Of a stretch of 64,000 nucleotides of DNA, positions 27,085 to 35,977 are shown piece after piece. The number at the start of each line of letters is the position of its first letter. Within the stretch, counting starts at the first letter, position 1. Source of the DNA: Alphaproteobacteria bacterium (lineage in GTDB: Bacteria > Pseudomonadota > Alphaproteobacteria > Rs-D84); the NCBI GenBank assembly GCA_017534945.1, contig JAFXVB010000024.1:19546-83545 (forward strand), read 5' to 3'. Both the position numbers and the translations under genes were made by a program. The notes beneath the pieces are model-generated. The model made no database searches and was not told where the DNA came from. It saw nothing but the letters and a program-made list of their open reading frames with translations.

Positions 27085-27543
27085 ATGCAAAGTGAATATG
27101 GACGTTCTTTGATTGAAATGTTGGGTGTATTGACCATTGGTGCGGTTATGACTGCGGCGGCATATGGAACATATAATATGTTGCGCACGCGTCAGGTTCG
27201 CAATATGGCGGTAAGTGAAATGGAACAAATCGTTCGCAACACAAAAATATTATTGGAAATGCGTGGCGATTACAGTGCTGTATCCATTGATTATTTGATT
27301 AAATCGGGGGCTATTACAAATTCAAATGCGCCAATGGGTGGCGATGATTGGTCAATCACATCATCGGTTGATGGAAAAACATTTTCTATCAATTTAACTA
27401 ATTTAACCCAAGGCGATTGTGCTTTTTTAGCAACCAAAAAATTAGATTGGGCAAAATCAAAAACCATAAATAAAATTGAAAACAGCGGGGCCGAGGCTTG
27501 TATTGCACCGGCACGTAATTATGTTTCAATAAACATTGAATAA
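27085..27543 (+). CDS. Type IV (type IVa-like) major pilin
   Basis: The RBS aagggggg-N6-ATG is followed by MQSEYG|RSLIEMLGVLTIGAVMTAAAYG (short leader, G-1, E+5). 152 aa, with a C-terminal Cys pair (DCAFLA…EACIAP), the D-region disulfide. Confidence 0.7.
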   Translation: MQSEYGRSLIEMLGVLTIGAVMTAAAYGTYNMLRTRQVRNMAVSEMEQIVRNTKILLEMRGDYSAVSIDYLIKSGAITNSNAPMGGDDWSITSSVDGKTFSINLTNLTQGDCAFLATKKLDWAKSKTINKIENSGAEACIAPARNYVSINIE

Positions 27544-27545
27544 AC

Positions 27546-28214
27546 ATGAAATTGAAATTATTTCTTTTATGTATGTGTTTAGTGGGCTGTGTGCAATATA
27601 CCAGTCCAGACCACGCAACATGGGATTATTATTTGAACGGCGCAAGTTTTATGGATATGACAGAAACCGCAAAAATCGCAAAGCGGCCGGTGTATCTGGG
27701 CAGTGGGGGCAAATTATTAACAACCCCGGATAATCAAAAAAAATTAGAATATGGTGATAAAATCGCAAATGACAATGCGGTTGGCGTTGCATATATGTCG
27801 AATATGGAACGCGATTTATATGACGCTTTACGCACATCTGGGGTATCTGTGGAACGCGCCGGCACAGATGTTGTTGTGATTTTGGTACGCGGTGCAATTA
27901 TGAAACCAGATATTGCAGAAATATCCAGCAATGGCGATGATATTTTATCAACTGTTGCCAGAATTTTAAGAAAATATGATTCTACATATTTGGAAATTGC
28001 GGGGTATACCGATTCAATGCGTGATGCGGCGGCGGCAAAACGCATGTCTTTGGATATGGCGCAACGCGTTGGTGTGTTTTTATCACGTAAAGAAATTAAA
28101 CCCGCACGCATGTTTATTGTTGGACGCGGGTCTGCACGACCAATTGCCGCCCAGGACAGTATTGGGCGACTTACCAATCGCAGAATCGAAATTCGTATCG
28201 CACCGGCAAGATAA
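27546..28214 (+). CDS. OmpA/MotB-domain lipoprotein
   Basis: It has the lipobox LLCMCLVGC and a C-terminal OmpA-like peptidoglycan-binding domain (…LEIAGYTDS…NRRIEIRIAP). It starts 2 nt after the pilin stop. Confidence 0.7.
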   Translation: MKLKLFLLCMCLVGCVQYTSPDHATWDYYLNGASFMDMTETAKIAKRPVYLGSGGKLLTTPDNQKKLEYGDKIANDNAVGVAYMSNMERDLYDALRTSGVSVERAGTDVVVILVRGAIMKPDIAEISSNGDDILSTVARILRKYDSTYLEIAGYTDSMRDAAAAKRMSLDMAQRVGVFLSRKEIKPARMFIVGRGSARPIAAQDSIGRLTNRRIEIRIAPAR

Positions 28215-28256
28215 CAGAGTTCAAAGTGCAAAGTGCAAAGTTCAAAGTGCAATTAA
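28215..28256. repeat. Half-copy of the heptamer repeat element (gttcaaagtgcaaagtgcaaagttcaaagtgcaattaa)
   Basis: Six tandem T(T/G)CAAAG units lie immediately after the OmpA-lipoprotein stop. Confidence 0.55.
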
Positions 28257-28339
28257 AGAAAAATATTCCCTTTTATTTTCAAATTTTTGTTGTTATAGTT
28301 CAATTAACCAACGGAACAATTAACAAAAAGGAAGGTATT

Positions 28340-28999
28340 ATGGTAAAAACAAACACACAAAATATAACAATTAAAAATTACAAAAAAACCGGTATTATTG
28401 CGGCAATCGTTTTGGTTGTTGCTTGCCTGGGCATTTGGGCGGTTGCATCAATGCGGCACGAGGTCACAGTGAACGAAGCAATTGCAGAAGTTTCAAACGA
28501 TGCGGCATCGGGTGCTGATATGCGTATGGCGGTTATTCGTATGGACGCCGTTCAAATGGAAGCAAATGCTTTGAAAGATTTGCGCACACAAAAAGAAAAT
28601 TATGAAAAAAAATTGCGTGATGAATTGACAGCAGAACAAAAATCTTTGGAAAAAGAAAAAACAGAGATTGAAAAATCCCAAGATGTTTTGTCCCAAGAAG
28701 CGTTGCAACGTCGTGTCGTTGATTATCAACAACGGGTTGCAAAATTGCAACGGAATTTGACAGAACGCGCACAAAGCGTCGAAGAATCTTATCAACGCGC
28801 GTTGGCGGATATCCAAGATAAACACCTGGATCCGGTTATCGAAGGTATAATTGCGAAAAAGAATTTGTCTTTGGTTATTGATGGTCGTTTTGCTCGTACC
28901 GGAAAAGATGTTGCAAATTTGGATATCACAGACGAAGTAATAAAGGCTTTGAATAAAAAAGTGTCGTCTGTAAAAATGGCAACACCAAAAGGTTTTTAA
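28340..28999 (+). CDS. OmpH/Skp-family periplasmic chaperone-like protein
   Basis: The RBS aaggaagg precedes an ATG at 28340. It has an N-terminal anchor, a long coiled-coil and a C-terminal …DITDEVIKALNKK, typical of OmpH. Confidence 0.55.
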   Translation: MVKTNTQNITIKNYKKTGIIAAIVLVVACLGIWAVASMRHEVTVNEAIAEVSNDAASGADMRMAVIRMDAVQMEANALKDLRTQKENYEKKLRDELTAEQKSLEKEKTEIEKSQDVLSQEALQRRVVDYQQRVAKLQRNLTERAQSVEESYQRALADIQDKHLDPVIEGIIAKKNLSLVIDGRFARTGKDVANLDITDEVIKALNKKVSSVKMATPKGF

Positions 29000-29047
29000 G
29001 GTTTGCCCACAAAATTTGACAATTTTGCTGGACCCGAAAACCATAAG

Positions 29048-29075
29048 AAAAACCGCCATTTTGGCGGTTTTTTTA
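29048..29075. terminator. Bidirectional intrinsic terminator
   Basis: aaaaaccgcc-atttt-ggcggttttttta. Confidence 0.6.
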
Positions 29076-29558
29076 TATTGTATTAATAACGTTTTCTAAT
29101 AACATATAGGCATTTTTTTCTTTTTGATGTTCTGCATCAATTATTGCTTTTTGGCGTTTGGCTTTGTCACATTCTTGTTTTTCTTGCTTTGCTTTATCCA
29201 TTACACGAAAATAACTTGCAAGTTCATTGTGCAAACGCGCGCCTTCGTTGGATGATAACAACATATTGCTACGTTCAAAATCACCGACTTTTAACACATC
29301 CATCAAAAGTCCTCTTCGCGTAGAACGTTCATATTTTACTTCGAAAATTGTGACAAAATGTTTTTCATTAGGATATATTATGTCCAGATATTCGTCTTTT
29401 TGTTTTGCAACAAAAAATTCGTGCCCACATCCCCAGTCTTGTTTCTCAAAAATCACATTCACAGATTTTCCTTGGGATATTTTATAATTAACATTATGTA
29501 CAATATCTTTACATTTGGATATCATATCCATTACTGTTTGATCTGTTTCGGTCGACAT
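29073..29558 (-). CDS. Hypothetical protein (161 aa), lysine/glutamate-rich C-terminus
   Basis: A coding-like ORF with no family assignment. Confidence 0.4.
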   Translation of the reverse strand: MSTETDQTVMDMISKCKDIVHNVNYKISQGKSVNVIFEKQDWGCGHEFFVAKQKDEYLDIIYPNEKHFVTIFEVKYERSTRRGLLMDVLKVGDFERSNMLLSSNEGARLHNELASYFRVMDKAKQEKQECDKAKRQKAIIDAEHQKEKNAYMLLENVINTI

Positions 29559-29771
29559 AAAAACTCCTTGAAGTATTGTTTTATGCTTATTTTATGCTGA
29601 TAAGTACCACAAAAACTCAAAAAAGCAATAAAAAATACCGGCATCCGTCTACGCAACTTTGGTTGCTCCGTCGCGACAGGTTTGCCGGTGTTTTTTTATG
29701 TATATGATATCACTTGATTTTACGCTAATTTGTGCTACTAATCAATTTATGATTAGGAAAAAGGTTTGATA

Positions 29772-30113
29772 ATGAAAAAAAATACCAAAGGCGACAAATT
29801 ATTTTCAACGACAGATAACATCATACTGATAACAACCATAGTTTTATGTTTAGGTTTAGAGGTCGCATCTGTTTTACCCGTTGTCCAAGATAAAATCTAT
29901 GAAACTAAATATAATAAACTGATAGAACAAGGACATACAGAATGGTACGCAACAATTAATGCCAAATCACAAACACAAAGTGCCAGAACCGCATTGTATT
30001 TTGGTGGTTTGGGTGCTGGTTTAATTGGAATTGGTGCTTTACGCATTAAAAAATCTAGAGAATCAGAACGTGCATTCAAAAAAATTATGGACGAATATAA
30101 CCATACAAGATAA
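29772..30113 (+). CDS. Small membrane protein, hypothetical
   Basis: It has one TM helix (IILITTIVLCLGLEVASVL) and a glycine-rich second hydrophobic segment. The ATG at 29772 is preferred over the TTG at 29766. Confidence 0.4.
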   Translation: MKKNTKGDKLFSTTDNIILITTIVLCLGLEVASVLPVVQDKIYETKYNKLIEQGHTEWYATINAKSQTQSARTALYFGGLGAGLIGIGALRIKKSRESERAFKKIMDEYNHTR

Positions 30114-30114
30114 T

Positions 30115-30146
30115 AAAAAAACACCGGCGATTGCCGGTATTTTATT
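30115..30146. terminator. Intrinsic terminator
   Basis: aaaaaacaccggc-gatt-gccggtatttta. Confidence 0.55.
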
Positions 30147-30459
30147 TCTGTCTTTTCTGTTTTTCTATTTCAGAAATAGCATTCCATAAATCATTTAAAC
30201 TTTGCATATTACATTCAAGCGCAATACTGGAAGTTTTAATCAAAAGCCTTGCCGGTTTTCCATAATTTATTCTTAAAGAATAAAAAACTTTCATCGGGTT
30301 TGATGTTGCCCTGATAAAACACAATCCTGAAAAATCCGCGGCAGGAAATGGTGATGAATTAGGATCTCTTATTAAAGCAGTATTCATTGTACCAGCGTGT
30401 ATGTTTTGTATGCTATTTTCAACATGTGGATTATTCATAAAAAGCCTCTTCTTATACAA
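30142..30459 (-). CDS. Hypothetical protein (105 aa)
   Basis: An ORF with weak coding character. Confidence 0.25.
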   Translation of the reverse strand: MYKKRLFMNNPHVENSIQNIHAGTMNTALIRDPNSSPFPAADFSGLCFIRATSNPMKVFYSLRINYGKPARLLIKTSSIALECNMQSLNDLWNAISEIEKQKRQK

Positions 30460-30525
30460 GATATTTATATATCACACAATAAAAATTATCAAGAAAAAAA
30501 CCACCAAATCGGCGGTTTTTATATT

Positions 30526-31923
30526 TTATTCTTCTTCACTTTTTTCTTGTTCAGGGACAATTTCGTCATCTGGATTTGGCGCAGATGACAAATAATGTTC
30601 CAACCAATGATTATCAAAATTCAACTGACGAAAATCACGATTGTTTAACAATTTTTTGTGAAGTGGAATTGTTGTTTTTACACCCTCTATCACGAATTCG
30701 TCCAGCGCACGTGTTGCACGCATTATGCATGTTGCGCGTGATGTATTATGCACAATCAATTTTGCAATCATAGAATCGTATGTTGGTGGAATTGTATATC
30801 CGGTATAAACCGCCGAATCCACACGCACACCCAATCCACCCGATGGCGCATATAATGATATTGTGCCAGGATTTGGTGTAAAGTTTTCGGGGTCTTCGGC
30901 ATTGATACGAAATTCAATTGCGTGGCCATGTGGCACGATATTTGCCTGGGAATACCCCAATCTTTCACCCGCCGCAATACGAATTTGTTCGCGCACCAAA
31001 TCGATTCCATAAACCATTTCAGTGACCGGATGTTCAACCTGGAGCCGGGTATTTGTTTCCAAGAAATAAAATTTGCCGTCTTCATACATAAATTCAAATG
31101 TGCCGGTACTGAAATATCCCATTTTTTTAGCGGCAGTTTTGCAGATTTCAATCATATCATCGCGTTGCTTTTGCGAAAGAATAGCCGCCGGGCATTCTTC
31201 GATAACCTTTTGATTTTTGCGTTGCAGAGAACAATCGCGTTCGCCCAACACAACAACATTACCATGTTTATCGCCCAAAATCTGGAATTCAATATGACGC
31301 GGATGCAACAACAGTTTTTCCATATACAATGTGTCATCACCAAAACTGGATTTGGCCTCGGCACGTGTAGTCGTGAAAGCCTCGGCTAATTCATCGGGGG
31401 TCATCACCGCACGAATACCACGACCGCCACCACCGGATGCCGCCTTTAACATAACAGGATACCCAATTTTTTCCGCGCAAATTTTCGCTTCGTCCAAAGA
31501 TTTCACCGCACCGTCCGAACCCGGAACCACCGGCAAACCACATGATATGGCTGTTTTTTTCGCGTTAACCTTGTCCCCCATACGAACAATCATATCGGGA
31601 CTTGGCCCAATCCAAATCATACCATGGGATTCAACCTTGCGCGCAAAGCCAGCATTTTCCGATAAAAATCCATATCCAGGATGAATCGCATCGGCGTTGG
31701 TCAATAATGCCGCTGTTAAAATTGCAGATTCATTAAGATAAGAATCGCGTGAGGCGGCCGGCCCAATACACACACTTTCGTCAGCCAATTGCGTATGCAT
31801 CGCATTTTTATCGGCGGTTGAATACACCGCGACAGTACGAATACCCATATCGCGACACGCACGAATTATACGCAATGCTATTTCGCCACGATTGGCAATC
31901 AAAACTTTTTTAATTTGAGACAT
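30526..31923 (-). CDS. accC: Acetyl-CoA carboxylase biotin carboxylase subunit
   Basis: MSQIKKVLIANRGEIALRIIRACRDMGI… plus an ATP-grasp domain. The C-terminal acidic tail is PDDEIVPEQEKSEEE. Confidence 0.9.
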   Translation of the reverse strand: MSQIKKVLIANRGEIALRIIRACRDMGIRTVAVYSTADKNAMHTQLADESVCIGPAASRDSYLNESAILTAALLTNADAIHPGYGFLSENAGFARKVESHGMIWIGPSPDMIVRMGDKVNAKKTAISCGLPVVPGSDGAVKSLDEAKICAEKIGYPVMLKAASGGGGRGIRAVMTPDELAEAFTTTRAEAKSSFGDDTLYMEKLLLHPRHIEFQILGDKHGNVVVLGERDCSLQRKNQKVIEECPAAILSQKQRDDMIEICKTAAKKMGYFSTGTFEFMYEDGKFYFLETNTRLQVEHPVTEMVYGIDLVREQIRIAAGERLGYSQANIVPHGHAIEFRINAEDPENFTPNPGTISLYAPSGGLGVRVDSAVYTGYTIPPTYDSMIAKLIVHNTSRATCIMRATRALDEFVIEGVKTTIPLHKKLLNNRDFRQLNFDNHWLEHYLSSAPNPDDEIVPEQEKSEEE

Positions 31924-31928
31924 GTTAA

Positions 31929-32372
31929 TTACTCAATAACAATTAAAGGTTGGTCAAATTCAACCGCCTGGGCATCGGTGACCAAAATTTCTTTGACAAC
32001 ACCATCGGCGGTCGCCTTTATCGGGTTAAAGGTTTTCATCGCTTCAACCAATGCCACTGTATCGCCGGCATGCACCGTATCGCCAACCTTTACAAAAGGT
32101 TTTGCACCCGGTTCAGTTGCCAAATACACCACACCAACCATTGGCGATTTTAATGCGTTCGCATATTCACGCGTCACGCCATTTGTTGCCGTTGTTGAAT
32201 TTTTAATAGTTTTATCCGCAGGAAAAGATGGCATCGCCACCGTTGTTCCCTTTGATAAATGAATATGTTTACGATAAACACCAAATAAAAATTGACGTTC
32301 TAAATCCAGTTCAGTAATTCCCATTTCATCCATGATTTGCGACATAGATTCAACGGTTGCACGAAATGACAT
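31929..32372 (-). CDS. accB: Acetyl-CoA carboxylase biotin carboxyl carrier protein
   Basis: The C-terminal biotinyl domain is …EAMKTFNPIKATADGVVKEILVTDAQAVEFDQPLIVIE. Confidence 0.85.
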   Translation of the reverse strand: MSFRATVESMSQIMDEMGITELDLERQFLFGVYRKHIHLSKGTTVAMPSFPADKTIKNSTTATNGVTREYANALKSPMVGVVYLATEPGAKPFVKVGDTVHAGDTVALVEAMKTFNPIKATADGVVKEILVTDAQAVEFDQPLIVIE

Positions 32373-32438
32373 TTTTAATCCTTTATGTACATTATTTGCG
32401 TATTATCACCTTAGATTTTACCATAAATACACAGAAAG

Positions 32439-32675
32439 TCAAGGCACCGGGTCATACCCATATCCGCCCCCAGGACGACATCGCGAAATGCGTTTTATTC
32501 CCATCCAAACCCCACAAAAAAAGCCGTATTTTTCAATTGATTGACGGGTATATTCACTGCAACTGGGGATAAAACGACACGCCGCACGTCCACCAATAAA
32601 TGGTGATATACACGATTGATAAAACCGCACCAATCCTAATCCAAATTTACAGATTATTGATTTTTCTTTTATCAT
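32439..32675 (-). CDS. yidD: Membrane protein insertion efficiency factor YidD
   Basis: …YQSCISPFIGGRAACRFIPSCSEYTRQSIEKYG…RCRPGGGYGYDPVP. Confidence 0.8.
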   Translation of the reverse strand: MIKEKSIICKFGLGLVRFYQSCISPFIGGRAACRFIPSCSEYTRQSIEKYGFFCGVWMGIKRISRCRPGGGYGYDPVP

Positions 32676-33021
32676 TTTGATTTTTTATGTATTTGAACGC
32701 ATGAACCATTGCACGACGACCAATTTCACGCGTGACATCTTTGTTTAAAATTGGTGCGCGCGCAAAGATAATATAATCCAAATCAGGACACATGTATTCA
32801 TCAGCATAACGAATCCAATCACGCAGTAATCGCTTTGCACGATTTCTTTGCACCGCATAACGAAAATTGCGTTTGGTCACCATTAATCCATAACGTGGGT
32901 CGTTTGGGAACTTTGCAACCTTGGTATGCACAGAAAACCAATCGGTCGCCGCAAATGGAAAAGACCGTTCTGTATGAAAGTCACGATTGTTCTTTATTGT
33001 GTTTCGCATGGGATATATCAT
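32647..33021 (-). CDS. rnpA: Ribonuclease P protein component
   Basis: 124 aa, basic, with an RnpA pattern (…RNRAKRLLRDWIR…). It overlaps yidD. There is no rpmH upstream because the gap is too short. Confidence 0.8.
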   Translation of the reverse strand: MIYPMRNTIKNNRDFHTERSFPFAATDWFSVHTKVAKFPNDPRYGLMVTKRNFRYAVQRNRAKRLLRDWIRYADEYMCPDLDYIIFARAPILNKDVTREIGRRAMVHAFKYIKNQNDKRKINNL

Positions 33022-33082
33022 ATCAAAATATTCAGGAAATCAAATAAAAACATTTTTTATATGCATACACTTGATTTTTTGA

Positions 33083-34177
<1,095 letters not shown>

Positions 34178-34200
34178 TCCATTTGTGCAAAGTTCAAAAA

Positions 34201-34232
34201 AATACCGGTATTTGCCGGTATTTTTTTATGTT
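34201..34232 (+). terminator. Intrinsic terminator after mreB (preceded by one gtgcaaagttcaaa heptamer unit)
   Basis: ataccgg-tatttg-ccggtat followed by ttttttt. Confidence 0.6.
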
Positions 34233-34316
34233 TTTTTGAATAAAAAAATTTGTATAAAAAGGTTGAAAGTTTGCTTTTTATTGTGTATTTTTAACCCATA
34301 AACCAAGGAAGTTATT

Positions 34317-35750
34317 ATGGCATTGAAAGTTTATAATGTTTTATCCAGAACAAAGCAAGATTTTAACCCAATTACACCCGGCGTTGTTAAAATGTACGCA
34401 TGTGGAATTACTGTATCGGGTGATGCACATATTGGGCACGCATATCAATCAGTCGTATTTGATGTTATTACACGATATTTGCGGTATTTGGGTTATGATG
34501 TAAAATATGTTCGCAACTATACCGATGTTGACGATAAAATTATTGCAAATGCGGCACGCGCGCACGAAGACCCAATTAAATTCGCAGAAAAATATATGGC
34601 GCAAACCGATATTGAAATGGACGCACTTGGGAATGAACATCCAACAATTATGGCACGCGCAACGATGTGCATCGATGATATTATAAACTTTGTGCAAAAA
34701 TTGATTGATGCCGGGCATGCATATGTATCGCCATTTGGTGATGTATATTTTAAACTGGACAGTTTCCCAGAATATGGAAAATTATCACACATCCAGGTTG
34801 ATAAAAATGATACCGGGGTTCGCAAAGATACAGAACCCGGCAAACAAAATGATTTGGATTTTGCTTTGTGGAAATCTGCAAAGCCGGGTGAAATTGCGTG
34901 GAAGTCACCATGGGGCATGGGACGCCCGGGTTGGCATATTGAATGCAGTGCGATGAACATGAAATATCTGGGCGAACAAATTGATATTCATGGTGGTGGT
35001 CGCGATTTGGTATTTCCGCATCATGAAAATGAAATTGCGCAAACTGAATCTTTGACCGGTAAACAATTTGCAAAATATTGGATTCATTGTGGATTGGTTA
35101 AAATCAACGGTCAAAAAATGAGTAAATCTTTGGGCAATGGAATTTTATTAAAAGACATTTTAGCACGATATGATGCGGATACAATTCGATTCACATTATT
35201 GCGAAATACTTATTCTGCGGATATTGATATTACAGATACTTTGTTCCCAGAATCGCGCAAACATGTTTATAAGATGTATTCAACCCTTGCCGGTTTGTCT
35301 GGGCGCGATTTTAGTGACGCAGATAATGCAAAGACCGATGCAAAAATTGCCGATATTATTGCTGAATTTGAACGCGCGATGAACGATAACTTTAATACTT
35401 TAGAGGTTATTGCGGCATCATTTGGTTGGTTTAATTTTATCAATGCGGAATCTGCAAAGAAATCTACTGAATACGATTTGCAACGCATTGCGAATAAAAT
35501 CAAAGAATTGTTTGGTGTGTTAAATATATTGCAAAAAAATCCGGTTGAATATGTGAACGATGTGAAAAAATCTGTGTTGCAAAATGCGAATTTAACTATG
35601 GACGACATACAAAAATATATCGATGAACGCGCAATTGCAAAACAAAATAAAGATTGGGCAACGGCGGATAAGGTGCGCAATGAATTATTGGAACATGGCA
35701 TTGTATTAAAAGATACGCCAAATGGCACAGATTGGGATGTAAATTTATAA
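34317..35750 (+). CDS. cysS: Cysteine--tRNA ligase
   Basis: It has the HIGH-like GHAYQS and KMSKSLGN motifs. The N-terminus MALKVYNVLSRTKQDF is canonical. Confidence 0.9.
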   Translation: MALKVYNVLSRTKQDFNPITPGVVKMYACGITVSGDAHIGHAYQSVVFDVITRYLRYLGYDVKYVRNYTDVDDKIIANAARAHEDPIKFAEKYMAQTDIEMDALGNEHPTIMARATMCIDDIINFVQKLIDAGHAYVSPFGDVYFKLDSFPEYGKLSHIQVDKNDTGVRKDTEPGKQNDLDFALWKSAKPGEIAWKSPWGMGRPGWHIECSAMNMKYLGEQIDIHGGGRDLVFPHHENEIAQTESLTGKQFAKYWIHCGLVKINGQKMSKSLGNGILLKDILARYDADTIRFTLLRNTYSADIDITDTLFPESRKHVYKMYSTLAGLSGRDFSDADNAKTDAKIADIIAEFERAMNDNFNTLEVIAASFGWFNFINAESAKKSTEYDLQRIANKIKELFGVLNILQKNPVEYVNDVKKSVLQNANLTMDDIQKYIDERAIAKQNKDWATADKVRNELLEHGIVLKDTPNGTDWDVNL

Positions 35751-35768
35751 AACTTTAAGGAACAAATT

Positions 35769-35966
35769 ATGACAGAAGAAAAACAATTGACCTTTGAAGA
35801 AGCATATAAACAATTGACCGAATTGGTTAAAAAAATGGAATCAGGCGAATTGCCGTTGGCGGATTCGGTCGCGGCATATGAACAAGGCATTAAATTAAAA
35901 GCATATTGTGAACAATTGTTAAAAGAAGCAGAATTAAAAATTGAAACATTAAAGGTTTCTGCGTAA
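35769..35966 (+). CDS. xseB: Exodeoxyribonuclease VII small subunit
   Basis: …FEEAYKQLTELVKKMESGELPLADSVAAYEQGIKL… matches the XseB consensus. Confidence 0.8.
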   Translation: MTEEKQLTFEEAYKQLTELVKKMESGELPLADSVAAYEQGIKLKAYCEQLLKEAELKIETLKVSA

Positions 35967-35977
35967 AGGTTATTATC

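Noticed and set aside
28215-28256. Tandem heptamer arrays as a CRISPR array
   Set aside because: The units are 7 bp with no spacers, there are no cas genes, and they are arranged as inverted arms. This is a MITE/REP-like repeat, not CRISPR.
34449-35114. Minus-strand ORFs inside cysS
   Set aside because: They are antisense to the well-supported CysRS frame.
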